Source: Bilabrum cf. latius
Lineage: Eukaryota
Length of the DNA: 64,000 nucleotides
Reading direction: 5' to 3'
NCBI GenBank assembly: GCA_965178125.1
Contig: OZ237741.1
Location: forward strand, 434,001-498,000
Of the stretch, positions 1 to 13,406 are shown piece after piece. Positions within the stretch are counted from its first letter, which is position 1, and the number at the start of each line of letters is the position of its first letter. The position numbers were made by a program, and so were the translations under genes. The notes under the pieces were generated by a model that ran no database searches, was not told the DNA's origin, and saw only the letters and a list, made by a program, of their open reading frames with translations.

Positions 1-3000
1 TCTCGAACCCGGTCACCGAACCGCTTCTCAAGGAGCTCGTGCAGGGGTGCCATCCGTTCTGGGCGTACCTGGGCGTGCAACTGCAATGATGACTCGGCTA
101 CCTGCATCTGCTCTCGCAGCGCTAGCCTGAGGCAGCTCACCGCGTCGTCTTCTATGCGTTTGCCTGCTGCTACCAGGGCGTTCACGAGCTCCAGCTTGAA
201 TCGCATCGCGTCGCTTGCCTCGCTTGCTCGGCTTCTTGACAGCAGTGAAGAACCCATAGCGTAGTTTGGCACCCCGCCACTCTTGCGACGCATCACCACC
301 GCGCCACCAGTTGCGGCGGATGCCGTGCGTCCGCGGTCCACGCCCAGCGCTGTCTTCAAGGCCGACTGAATCGTCGACTCTCGGGTCAACTTCAACTCGA
401 TGAAAACCTCAGCAGCTCTACGGACATATGCTCTTGATATTTCAGGAAACATGGACTAGTAGGACTGCTGCAGCATGGCTGGAAACCTGCTCGCCCCGCC
501 TCCCACCCCTGCATCGATGACCCCTTGCAGCCGCATGGAGAGCGACTCTGCGGCTTCCTTGCCCTTGTTGGCCGCCTCTCTAGTCGCATCCTTCAGACGA
601 AGGGTGCCGGTGGACACCTGCTCAAGCGCGATATCCAGAGGCGTCAGGAGTTCCTCCTCCACGAGCAGGACAGGCGATCGCCGGCGGCAGCCAGGAAACG
701 GGTGCATGCTAGCCAAGTGCGTCCGCCGCGCCCACAGCACCAAGAGCTCTTGGGCACCGCGCACGTCTGCTGACAGCGACTACAAGAGCTACCCCTTGAT
801 CTTGGGCCTCAGCTTGAATGGACGATACACCGTAAACACTCGCGTGCCGCTAGAGATGGCACCATCACGTACTATCTGAGGCAGAAGCGACTCAGAATCT
901 GGCAGGAGCATGCGGGTAGGAAACATGTCAGGGTTGTATGCAGCTTCATCCGGCCCAGCTGCTTGCGACTGGTCGAAATCAGGGGCTACTGGTGACCCTG
1001 CACCATTCACGTCCTCTTCCTAGTCCTTCTCTATCTTGAGCTCGTCCAGTACACCCTGCGCGATGGCGGCCAACCGGCTGTAGCCAGGCACGCGTGCTCT
1101 CACCTCCATGCGAAACGCAGCGCTCGACTCCTCACGCACCTAAACTATGCCACCTGCAACCAGTCGCTGCGAAGCCTCCAGCAACTCGGCCTCGCTCGCC
1201 CGCTCCGCCGCGTTGTCGTCCATTGCCTCAAGAAGACCCTCAATCCTCCTCCGCACGTCAAGCTCTGCCGGCTCGGTCGACAGGAGCCCGTATGCCAGGT
1301 CACGCCTGGACGACCCGTACTTGCGCGAGCGAATAGACGCGTCACCCTCAGTGGATCCGCCCGATCCCTGGGCTGCCACGGCACCTCCAGCGAGGTGGTC
1401 CGTCCTCGACTCATCCGATGCTCCGATGCGTCCGAGCGCGGCCTGAAACGGTTCTTTCCAGCAGCCCGGCCACCTCTTCTGCAGCCTTTTCTCGAACTCA
1501 CCAATCCTCTCTTCCACAGACCCCTTAAGTATGAACACGCGGCCCTGCACCTGAGGAGGGTACTCATCCCCGCTGAACACGACGATGTAGTATTTGGCCT
1601 ACGCCCTGCGCCTGCCGTAGATCTGCTTGGTCAGGTCTGCCTGCTTGCGCAGCAGCGAGACGACCCTGGCCCCGCTTGGTTCCACTCTCTCATATCTCTC
1701 GCAGAGCGTCCTCGCGATTCCTCTAGCGTGCTCCCAGCACTGCGCCTGCTCCAACTTCGCAAGTGAGACCTAGAGCACAATCTCGAGCCGATCGCTCGCC
1801 GTCTGCTCCGGAAACAGGACGACGTACTAGCTCGTGTCTAGTCGCAGCAGCTGCCGCCTGGACTTTGAAGTCTCTTTCGCTGCCACGTTGATGAGTGCAG
1901 CAGGCAGCCTGTGCTTGGTCCACATTAATAGCTGCGGGATCTCAAACCAGTACCACGGCGGAGGTACCCCGGACACTGCATCGGCAAGCTCCATGAACCG
2001 GTGCACGTGGTGGTCCTCGGGCTCGGGCAGGCCAAGATTAGCCCAGGCCTTTGCCGCCCGGCTCCTCGGTGTCTCGTGAAGGTCTTCAGGACCGTCCTCA
2101 AGCTCATCTACAAGCGCTTGCTAGCAGATTGTGTCTTCGCCGTCTTCGCTCCCAGCCGCACCTCCCGTTGTGCCCCGTTTCGGTACACCCCCACCATTGT
2201 CAGGGTCGCCGCCCCCTCCTTCGCCGTCTTCTTCCTCTTGGATGGCGCCTGCTGCCTCCAATAGAGAGTCGCCCGGCCGTCCTGGCATTGAGCTTCGTGG
2301 CACTTGGCTGCCACTAGAGGTAGAGGCGAACGAATCGCCGCGCTTCGAACCGACTGCGTTGGAGTCCAAGATGGCCTCCATGGACAGCTAGAAGGCTTCA
2401 ATAATGGGATGCATCGGCAGTGAAGCATGCAGCGTGTGCGTGATGGCCTCCTCTATGGTGTTACCTGCCTGAGCGTGCACTTCCTCCAGAAAATGCACGT
2501 ACTTCGTGAAGATGTCCTCCCTGTGAGTGCGACGGAGGAATCCAACCAGGGTCAGCGCCGCTTCCGTCCTCTCGTTCTCGAAGTACACCGTCGAGGGGAA
2601 CGCTGCGAGGGAGTATAGCATGGCGTGCAGGGTACGAAGCTCAGCAAGGAACTCGTTCACGACGGGGTGAGCCAGCAACCCTTCGAAACCATCGTCCGTA
2701 CTCGCGTCCCATGCAGTCTCCTCCTTGTCAATAAGCATGCTGTCGAGCGCATTGGGCGCCTCTGGGCTCACACCACGGCCACCGGCTCCGGCAATTCCAC
2801 TCATGGTTCTGGGACTGCCGCTCAGCATGGACCCCGGCGACCTCGCGATACGACTTGCGAGCGCCATGCTCGTCCGCCTGCCGCTTGCGCTGGACCATAT
2901 GCTCTTCCTTGCCGCCCGCACCCCGCCTCCGCCATTGCTCGCCGCAGCAGCAGCGAACGTGGCAGCTGCCGCGATCGCATCTGTTCGCCCTGCCCCGCCG

Positions 3001-6000
3001 GCGGTACCGAATGCAGCACCTCTTCCACCAGCCGCAGCGCCGGCTCCCACATTGCCCCAGTCTCGCCACGCTTGCTGCGCTTGCTACCGCATGCTGGCTG
3101 GGGCAAGCATGGCAAATACCGGAGACATCATCGCAGAGTTGCTTCGTTTCCGAGCGGAGCGCGCTTGGCTATCTGGGGACCGGTCCTGCAGAGACGCGGC
3201 CGTGGCTCGCCTGGCCGCTTGCAAGGCAGTGTTCGCCTACTCGACTGCATCCTTGCTGAGCACGAGCGCAGGACCGCCCCGAACCACGATGTCGTCAATT
3301 GCGTCGATTGTGAGGCGACTGATGAGCTACAACTGCCCAGTCAGCTACAGTTCGCTCTGTACAGTTGACAAGTACATGAAGCGCGCAAATCGCGCCACGG
3401 AAGGCACGACTGAATGCCCAAGATCCAGCATCGCCGGGATTGTATCCGGAGCAAGCATTACCAGCACGGATGGGTGGGGCTCATGAAACAGCTTGGACTC
3501 CGGGGCCGGAATCATCGCACTAGGAAGCTGCATGTCGTCCAATTTACCCTGAATGGTTGCGCCTGACTGCTCCCGTTGGAAGGTAGGCCGGCTGGCCATC
3601 GACTAAACACTCTTGCGGACTGCCTGCTTGGCCGCAAGCCCGTAGTCGCTGACTTTGTCAGGGACACTGGGACCGAACAACAGGCGCAGGATCCTGCATA
3701 TGAGAGGGCGGCGGTCGCCCCCAGAATCCCGCAAAATCGCTACTTTGGCCTCGGACTGCGCCTCTGTCGTGTAGATCGGAGCCGTGAGCAGACATAAGCC
3801 GAGGTTGAAGATTCCACGCCACAGGGACACGGCCGCCGTGCCAATCGGTGGAAGGCCTGCCCCTGCAGCGTGTCTTGTGGGAGACATTGGTGACGGCAGG
3901 GCCGACTTGATTGCTCGCCGGACTGGCGACGATGGCGCGCCAATCGGCGATACTATGCCACGGCGAGTGCTGCTTGCATCACCCCCAGCTCCAGAGGCAA
4001 TGACAGACACACCCAGCGCGGCCAAGATGTTGCGAGGCGTGGCCCTGGCTCGATCTAGAGCAGCAACGCTTCTCGAAACCCAGTAGAGAACCCTCGCGCA
4101 GGTATCATGCGTAAGAATCTGCAGTCGGATCCAGCTGGCGGGAAAGGGAGGCAGAGCCAGAAGAGTGAGCGCAAGCCGCATGATGCGAAGCTCCAGCCGT
4201 AGCCGCCGGCCCGGGCTGGGGGCCACCGCCGCGCAAAACATGGGCCAGTTGTCGCTAGGAACGAGACACAGGGCACCGACAATGGCCGCGACACCCCGCC
4301 GGCACAGACTGACGGATGGGTCTGCCTGTGCCGCTTCGAACAGACCCAAAGCAGGCATGCCTTGAGCGTCTAGTCCACGCAAACGGTTGCTTGCGGTTGT
4401 ATGCGCTGGCATGGGTGGTGGTAGCCTGTGCTCCGGGGGGGTAGCAGGCACGTCTTGCTGCGACATGCTTTGCCTGGGGCTTCGCGCTGTCGGAGACGAC
4501 GAGGATTCCCCCGCGCCAGATGCGGCTGGCATGCCCATTTGCGGGCTAGAACCGGGGCTGCGCGCAGGAGATCCACGGGCAATGGCCAGTAATCTGTCGG
4601 GGTCTTCGATCCCGAGGAGACCCGCCGCACTTGAGGCATCTAGAAAAGCGTTCGGCACGATGCCAACGAGCGCATCTTCGCATTCCTGAATCCACTGAAA
4701 GGATTGCGCGGTGCTGTGTCCGACGGCCATGGAGCTTCTTCGCACGACCGTATCAAGCACACTTTTGCGACGATGAGATGCCTAGCCGGCAAACGGAATC
4801 GCACTCCCGCCAGCAGTTGATTGTTTTCTGGCTGAAGCCGTCGGGCCGATCTGTGGGCTGCTTGCAGCCGCAGAGAGCTCGGCGGGACTGGGAGTGGGTC
4901 CAGGCCACATCCACTCGTGCATTTCTGACGATACACCGTCCGTTGCTGACGCTGCAAATGCACTTGAAATACCTTCAGCATCAGCACCATCCATGCTTCC
5001 GTACTTGTTCCTGGACTGGCCAGAGCCGGCATCCAGCCCAGGCTGGCGATGCAGGGCAGAAGGTTGCACAATACCAGAGGACATCGCCGTTGGTCGAGTG
5101 TTCGTATTAGACGCAACGCAATTATAGCTTGCCGGCCGTTCTCCATCCTGTGATGACTTGCTGCTTCCAATGTCAGGATTGGCCTGGTCGCCAGTAGGCG
5201 CAACGCCAGTCAGGAGACCAGCAACTGCCGAAGCCAGCTCGGGAATCAGCATCGAGACTTCCCAAGCTAGCTGCACCGCAGCTGCGCTGCGACACTCTCG
5301 GATATCTGTCGGCCCGTGGAGCACAGACTGACGCAGCGTTGCGCTGGTGGCGCTGCTATCCCGTGCTCCACTGCCTGCGCGATGCCTTGAGGGCCGAGGG
5401 AACTTGGTTGCAATCACGCACGTCTGGGCGTATTGGATCAGCCTGGCTGCGGCATCCACGGCGAGCAATCGCTCCGCCGCTCGTCCATTCAGATGAAGCA
5501 GCAGTACCTTCACCAATGACTGCACAAGCAGCAGCTACAAAGGCCTCATTGGCTCCTTCCCGATCTAGGGCACTGGCTCGGTGAGCAGCCAGGAACTGCT
5601 CAGGCTCCGCACAAGATCGAGTCTAGCAGCCACGGACCCTGCGTCACTCAGCCACGCAATGTGCAGCGCGGTTCCGTCATCCACGACATCATCTAACCCA
5701 TCTGCAGCGCTGTCACCTTGCCTGAGCCACTCTGCTGAATCGAACCGCACCGGCCCCGCGCGGACGGCAGCAACCGCAATCGAGCGTAACTCGTCATCGC
5801 CAAGTAATGGCCTTGCAGAGACTAGGAATGGAAGCAGCTGGCGGTACACCAGCACCCTAAAGGTGGCAAAATAGGCCCGCCCAGGTTTCGACAAGATCCT
5901 GACGACCACCTTGGTACAGTCCCGTACTGCCTTCGTGGCTTCGGTGAAGTCATCGACCGCGCCAGGGGTAGTTGGTTGAGGCACTGCTGCCTTGCCGGAC

Positions 6001-9000
6001 TCACGAATGGCGTTCCTAATCTAGCCAGCCAGTTGGTTCTGCAGACAGCAAGCCACCGCAATTCGGGCCAAATTGGGCAGCACTTGCAGACACCTGCTTG
6101 CTGAGGATCGCCGATGCTCTACCTACCTCTGATCGACGCCTGCCTGCGTGTCGTCGTAGCCACTCCTGATTCCATTCGCTATAAGCCGTAGCAAGGGCAC
6201 ACCGGCAGTAGGTGCCCGCAAGAAATCGCGGACATACTCCTATATTGCGCACTCCAAATGCGCAGCCTGCATGGGGTCGCTGCCTGGGTCGTGCAACACA
6301 GCCACAAGGGCAGAGAAGGCGGCAGTCTACACAGCTCGAATATTCCTCGCGGGGTCCACATCAACCAGATCACTCGAGCGCTGAGATTGGGAAGAGCTGT
6401 CCACGGACAGCCCCAAGATCTCCAGGAGAGGGGTGACGATGAGCCGGAACGACTGCACCTTGGCCTCGGCTGGCATCCGCTTGGTGGCCTCAATTCCTCT
6501 CAGCAGAAGCTCGAGCCTGGCACTGCGCCAGTCGCGGAGCACCTGCAGGCACGATCGCGTGGTTTTGGAGGTGGACTGCAGGCACGTTCGAATCACGAAG
6601 TTGTCGCTCGCCCTCCTCGCGAACCTCCACTCGGAGAGGGGGTAGGAGCGCATGCCCGTCGACGTCCTGCGCTGCGAGGGTCGCCTCCCAGAGCTGTCAA
6701 AGGCGCCGCTGGTCCGATCCCGCAGCTTGATGGGGTCACCGGGCCGGCGAGCCGCCGGTGATGCGTTCTCTTGAGTGCCGTACAGAGGCACCTCTGCTGT
6801 GGTGCACGGTCCGATGCTGCCGGAGTACATGTCTGCCCTCGGGTACCCCAGCCTCGTCAGGCTGTCTGCGAGTGGCTTGGCTGCCTCTTTTGGCTGGTTG
6901 GATAGATAGCACTAAGGCTCGTAGCACAGTACATCGTGAGAGCCGTCTTGCACCACGACCCCGCGCGAGTCGGTCAATCGCAGCATTCCAAAGGAGAAGC
7001 ACTGGCACCGACTTTCCGCGCTGAAGGCATGCCAGAACGAAAACTCGAGGTGCGCGTCCTCCAGCAAGTGCAATTGGGTGTCATCGAGGGTCACGCACAC
7101 CTACTCCCCGATCAATGGGCTATTGCAGTGGTAGTACACAGTCGACCGGTACTCATCGGCGGTATACGATTCATTGCCCAGCAATTCGGCAGCTGGTGCC
7201 AGGCTGAAGTTTCCCTATGATGTGACTACAGACATGCCCAGCCTGTGCTCTTGCAAATGCCCGCTGGGTCCAAACGCAGCCGTGGGATCCCCGATCGATG
7301 ACGGACCGTTCGTTCCTCTAGAGACTGCGGTCACCCCAGCGCTCCCCGAGGCGAGCAGTCTAACGCGCACCTGCACATTTCTCGGGTTCCGATGATTACC
7401 CTGGCCAAACGTGCCGCGCACAAGTGTGATGAACAGCCGAGTGCGCGACTGCGTGTGCTCCCTGTGAGCAGATTGGTCGCTTGGATCCCAGCTTGGTGCC
7501 TTGGATGCAGCACTGGACGGTGCATCTGAGGCTGGCAATGGCACCGGTTTGGCCCACGCAGGCTCAAAGCCAGCCATAGCTGCGGCCCTGTCTAATTTTT
7601 CTGCCTCGCGAAACAGCGAGCCTCCGGCCTGCTTCGTGGACCGGGCCATCCTCGCAAGGTCCTCGCTCCCGCGGCTCTCCAGCAGGCATGCACGAAGCCC
7701 CGCGATGCTTGGCAAAAGCTGTGCCAGTGGCTTGCTGACTCCTGCCACGCCCGACGAGCACCACAGGGCAAGCCTGCCAAGGCCGTTCTAGATCTCCTGC
7801 TCCGTCCCGCCAGCAGCTGCCCCAAGAGCGCTTGCGCTGGATTTGTCTGTCTGCGGTGCAGTATTTGCTAGGCCAGACAAGAGAGCGTGGACTAGGCGCC
7901 TGCCGGCCTCTGCGCCCAGCCCGCGAATCTCTGCCTGCGCTTCTGCGGACATGCCAGCAGACGCAGTACCAAGTTCAGACGAAGCTTCAACCGATAGGCT
8001 CTGTTTGGAGCAGCGTTCTCGCAGCCTGGCAGCCCGTTCGGCAGCGTCGAGCGACCCGTCGATTTGCCGGTCCGGAGCGACATCGCCCCACACGTTTGGG
8101 AACGCCGCGTTTCCCATGAGCACATGCGGCGCCAAGAGTGATGCGTAGTGCCGTCCGCACACGAGCGACTGAGCAGACTGCAAGGCGAAAGCCCGGAACA
8201 TGATGCCAAGGCCCATCACGCGGGGCACTCGCTCCAAGGGGTTTCGCGCAGCAGCCGAGGCGGCCGACCGCAAGCGGACGAACATAGCCCTCTGCGTTCC
8301 GATGAGACCCAGAGCTTTCGTCGCCGCAGACGACGCGAATCGCTTCTGAAGCTCATTGGTATACGCTGCAGGGATGTGCTGCACGATCTGCGCGACGGGC
8401 ATCGATTCGGCAATGGTCCCCATAGAAGCTGCCTCCTGTACCGTACTGCCTACCGCTTCGTGCAGGGCGGCGCGAGACCGGACATCCTTGTAAATCATGG
8501 ACATGATCGCAGCCGATGCAATCTGGCGATGGAGACCAAAGAACCTCTCGTCTCCGGCTGCTTTTGGTCGGAAGACCAGGATGGGTTCTGGAGAAAACGG
8601 GGTGCCATCTGTTGTCTGGCCGAGGACGGGCGACACCTGCTGCACGGCGCACCCGAGCGGTCTTCTATAGAGACCGGGTCCGGTGGCACACTCCTGCGCC
8701 AGCTGGGCGAGGTCCTGCTCTCCAATAGCTGCGGCTTCCGCCACCGATTTGGCTGTGATGCCGCTGTTGAGCGCCCCGGTGCTCCCACCCTGACCGCATT
8801 GATGACGAGAAAGCACCGGCCAGAAGACACCAGCGCAGATGGGACGTCCGCGAAGAGCACCTGCATGGGACGACGAGATACCGCGGACACGCGGGCCGTG
8901 TCGCCCCCTCCACCTTGACTGCTTGGGCCTGAGACAGCGTCCCTCGACTCCCACCCGGGAATGCTCGCTCTCCCCTGCGTGTCCACGGAGATCGAGACCT

Positions 9001-10625
9001 CCTCGGACACGTGAGCACCCGTGCCCACGTCCCAAAGCGAGCAGTACAGCTCCACAGGATCCAGCACCTTCGCTTGCGAAGCGCTGTTCCCCTCGTTGTC
9101 CGTCTCGCCCTTCAGTATCGCCATCCGAATTCCGACCCAGTTCATCTCAAAGAGTAGCTGAATCCTGCGGCCCGTCGCATCCAGTGCCTCCTTGCCGGTC
9201 CCAGGCCCCGACCCGTACCCCTCAGACCCCGTGCCAAGCAACTTGCTGGCCTCTTTTTCGGCCAGCGCGTCCGCGCCCCTCGCCAAACGCACCCCCACCC
9301 TTGCCAGCCTCTCGGCCAGCTCGCTCAGTGGCCTCTACCGGGTGGGCAGCTCTCCAGCCGCTGTGGCTTCCGACGAGTTGCTAGCCCCAGCCACCATCGC
9401 CCCGAGCTGGCCTCCCGCTCCGATGCACGCAATGCCCGGAAAACTCTCGCGGGGAGGCAGGTGTCCCCTCGCAAATGAGCTGGCTGAGATCGGCGTCACG
9501 CAAGCACCGGCAGATTGCCCTCCGGCCCCTCCCTCCCGCCCAGCGAGCCCTGGCAGCTACCACAGGCTGGCAGCGGCGGCGTCCTGCATCTGCAGAGCGG
9601 CAGAGGCCGGGTCCCATCCCAACGCGGCGGATGACACCGCATCTTTGCCCATCAGGGTGCGCTGTGCCTCTAGTCTCGCAGAAGCCGCCACAGTCACCGG
9701 TCTCCGCAGCCTGTCTTCGCTGTCTTCGTACAGCCCGAACAGGCGGACAGCTTCCGTGTCTTGCTCTGTGGCGGGCTGGTCATCTACTGTTCGGGGCGTG
9801 ATCGCGCCAACAATTCGCTGTGACGATGCCTCGATCGTGCGGAGGATGCTGTCACGGGCGCGTGCAGCCTCCGAGGCAGTCGGCCGCCGTGCACCCGTTG
9901 GAGCAGTTGTGGGATCTGATGGATGCTGTGCGGCGGAAACCCGGGTACATTTGATGCCAATGGTATCATTGTAGCTCTCTAGCACGCGGCAGCAATCCCG
10001 TAGCTGGCCCATTGCAGACGCAAGCACTCGGTACCGCTGCCGATCACCAACCGCCAGGCTCTATCTCTGCATTCCTCTCCATCGATGAAGGCATCGCTTG
10101 GCTCTCTATAAAATAGAAGTATCCGCTAATTTGGGACGTTGACGTTGCAAAATGCTCTGCCTCGTCCCAAGCGATTTACGGCCGTTCAACTTGTGGGCAG
10201 GCGGTAGTTCAGCTTCGCCCGCACTTGGCCCTCCCGCGATTGTTGCGGCGTTAGTGCGCTCCTTCGCTGCCTTGGATAGACTTGATTTGCTAAACTATTC
10301 GACGAACGCTGACGGAAACGTCCCTAGTTGTGACGGATTGGATTCCAAAAATCCTTTACTCCACCCTTTGCTTTCGCTCTGAGCCATCACAGTAACTAGC
10401 TAGCCGGCTCGCAAACGTAGTTGCCCTGGAGCAGTCGGCACAAAGTCATGAATTGCTGCGAGGAGCAAATGGGGCAGATAGATACGCCTCGTGCAATGTG
10501 TAGTACTCAACGAATGGATCTGCTCGATAAATACTACGACTGCTGGCGAGCCTTGCCTCACCCTAGGCGTCAAATTGTTCAATAGCAATCCAGTTGTTTG
10601 CGTGCGAGCCAGAGGAGCTCTGCAT
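1..10625 (-). CDS. DOCK-family Rho/Rac GEF (SH3, DHR-1/C2, DHR-2; DOCK-A/B-like), 3' end runs off the window
   Basis: Thirteen ORF-track pieces (stops at 7788, 7215, 6912, 6327, 5565, 4782, 3603, 3345, 2388, 2121, 1140, 789, 456) share one frame and each ends at TAG. SH3: AIHDFVPTAPGQLRLRAG*LVTV...GWSKG...GTFPSAFV. DHR-1: LFITLVRGTF..RNVQVRV, EYRSTVYYH, HLEFSFWH..FSFGMLRL..DGSHDV. DHR-2: KYVHFLEEVH, VFILKG..ERIGEF, IDAGVGGG. Predicted intron 10456-10561 (GTGAG..CAG). One frame change near 8700-8790. Start codon tentative. Confidence 0.9.
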
Positions 10626-11100
10626 TTGCCTGAAAACAATGTGCAAAAATGTTGAGAGGCTCCTGTCCGGAGCTGAAAAGGGCAGAGCCTTTTGCTCGAG
10701 TCAAGAGACAAGTTCAGTCATTTGACGCGATCCAGGATAGTATCGAAACCGTTAGTGAAGGCGCAACTTCCACTAGCGAGGCGGTTGGGGTCTAGCGTCA
10801 ATGCTTGGATGCCTGCAGAGCCGGTCACTGGCATTGGAAAGCGACTCAAGGCACCCGGATCCGATCCGGATTAGAGGATTAGGACCTAGCCTGACCAGCG
10901 CAAACACGCACTGCAATCCCCATCTGGACATTGCACAGCACTGTACCCAAATCGAATAGGGGAGATCTACTAGATCTTCATGGTATCCGTGTGATAGTTG
11001 TTTCCCGTGCCCAACATCGCCGACGTACCACCGGCTGACGTGACGCTCGCGAACTGGCCGCCACCAGTTCCCTGCCCCCACTGGCAAGCTAGAGGCTACC

Positions 11101-13027
11101 TCAGCCGTTAGCATGACCAACGGTCCGAAGGGCTTCGCCCGCATCCGCGTAGGCGCGCTCGGCCCTGTACGCGCCCCGCTCCAAGCTCCTGCTCACATGC
11201 TCTTGCGCGGCCCGGATGCAGTGCTCCTCGAGGTCATGGATCTCGTGCAGCCTCTCCCTGTGCCTGCTCGTTTCCTCCTACCGAAAATTACTCGAAGCGG
11301 CAGCGCACCTTTCTTTCTCCATCGACATCGACTCGTCTTCCGCCTCGTTGATGCGGCTCACGTGCGCGTCCACGTGCGCCTTGAGCGCCTCGCCCAGCCT
11401 CTCGCCGCTCTCGAGCACCTCCCTGGCCTCGTCGGGCAAGTCATCGGCTGCGAGCACGTCGTCCTCGGTGACTCCATCAGGCAGGGAATCCAGCGAGGAC
11501 CCGGCGCCGCTCGCGGCCGGTCCTTCGGGATGGGGCGCCGCGCCATCAGTTCCGCTTGGGTGCAGGTACTCTTGGAGCCCGCGGAGCACCTGCTCGGAGG
11601 CGTCGAGGTAGTGCTTGTCGGCCGTTTCGAAGGCGCGGAAAAACTACTCGTGCTCGTGCAACTTGCTTTGCATAAGCTCGCCGATCGCTCCATCGAACGC
11701 GTCGTGAATAGCCCGCAGTTTCCCGTTCGTATCTACCTCAACCAGCTCAAGTTGTTTGCGCAGGGACTCGGCTGCCGGGTGTAGCTGCTGCTCCACGATC
11801 ATCTCTAGCGGTTGCGGAGACAAATCTGGAGAGCCTATAAATCCCGTCAAGCTATCTCGTGCATGATCAAGGGCCATTTCTTCTGCCTTGGACAGCACCT
11901 GCCTGAACACTGATTTCTGTGACAATCGATACGACCTCAATGCCTCGAGCGAAACAGCATCTGCTTCGCTCAGCACGATATCGGCCGCTCGATTGGCTTG
12001 CTGGATTTCTTGCTCAATCGCAGCAGCCTTGACCCTTCCGACTGAGACAAATTCTTGAGAGCACCGCATGAACGCTTCCTGCATGGCCTCCTTTGCCTGC
12101 CTGATGGACGGCAGCTTCAAAAAGGCGCTGAACTCTGTCCCTGCTTCGAACACGTCGTCCATCAACGTGACCGAGGCATGAAGAGCCTGGCACCGCAGCT
12201 CGTCAAGCAATTTTTTGTTAGAGGCGTGCCGTTGCCGGAGTTCCTCCGCTTCCTGGTCCGGTGCTTCAATCGCCTTGAGCTCTTCCAGTGGCACGCCCCC
12301 TTCCCTGGCCGCGTCCCGCTCTTCGTCAGACACGCCGACAAAATCCAAAAACTTGAGGCTTTTGATGAATGCTACTGCGTATGCTCTGTAGTCCTCTTTC
12401 TCAGATATGGGGCTCCCATCCAAGACGAGAGCGCGCAGCTTGCGCGAGTGCCTTAGTTTCAGCAACTCTGACATGTCCGATACTTCGTTGCATCCCAGGC
12501 TCAGGTAGTCCAATTTCGGGAGCTTCAGCAAGTCATCTGAAATGAGGCGTATTCTGTTCCCGTGCAAAACCAAATCAGTCAGTTCAGTGAGAGTGCCCAG
12601 GCCCTCGATCGTGGAGATAATGTTGAAGGACAGGTCAAGCTTCTGCAAATGTCTCATGTGCGCAAGGTTCTCAATCTTTGATATCCTGTTGTTGTCCAGC
12701 CTGAGGTCTACCACATTGGTAAGGCCGGTCAGGTTGGAGATTTCCTGTATATCTGTGGTGCTAAAGAGGACAGCAGCATGCCAACGGATACGAGTTGCAT
12801 GGGCAGGCCGCACCGGAGGCGAAGGGATCTCTCGTATGCCCAGCCCAGCATGCAGACTAGTACTCACTGTAGAATGACAAGCGAATCAGCTTTGCCAGAT
12901 TTGGAACGGTCGGCTTGTAGTGGGAATAGTCTTCTGAAGTGCTGGTTTGCTCGAGCTCTTCTTCATCTTGAATAGCTCTCAAAATCATCGCCTCGGTGAT
13001 CGGAGTCGAATCTCTGGGAAATGCCAT
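11101..13027 (-). CDS. DRC3: Dynein regulatory complex subunit 3 (LRRC48/DRC3)-like LRR plus coiled-coil protein, ~603 aa
   Basis: ATG 13027; intron 12753-12867 joins LIRLSFY-N-IQEISNL. LRRs LRLDNNRISKIENL, LDLSFNIISTIEGL, LSLGCNEV, LDGSPI..DYRAY, then a coiled-coil tail. In-frame TAG at 11644 and 11278; TGA at 11101-11103. Confidence 0.85.
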
Positions 13028-13406
13028 ATTTTAGAAGACTGGCAATGGTTAATCCACCTAAAGATCTCACTTAAAACTTCACTGTACGAGCCCAATCGCT
13101 CTCTGCGAGCCGAGCTCTGCCGCCGCGCGCTCATTCGTCACGGTTCCGTAAACTGCACTGCACTGCATGCTCCAGCCGGAATGAAAAGTCCGCAGATTGC
13201 ACAACCCAGTACACGCCACGCTTGCCGTCAATAAACCCGGTGAGGTGATAAATTCGCAGGTATATCATGGTAAAAACCCTCCTTACGTGAACTGATGTAC
13301 ATGCCTCGTCGATCGATGGTTATTTTGCTTTGTATTCTTGGACGCAGCTGACTTCGCGTGCTTGAAACCCAGGACTGGCTGCACAGGTAACCGATCGTTC
13401 GCGAGC

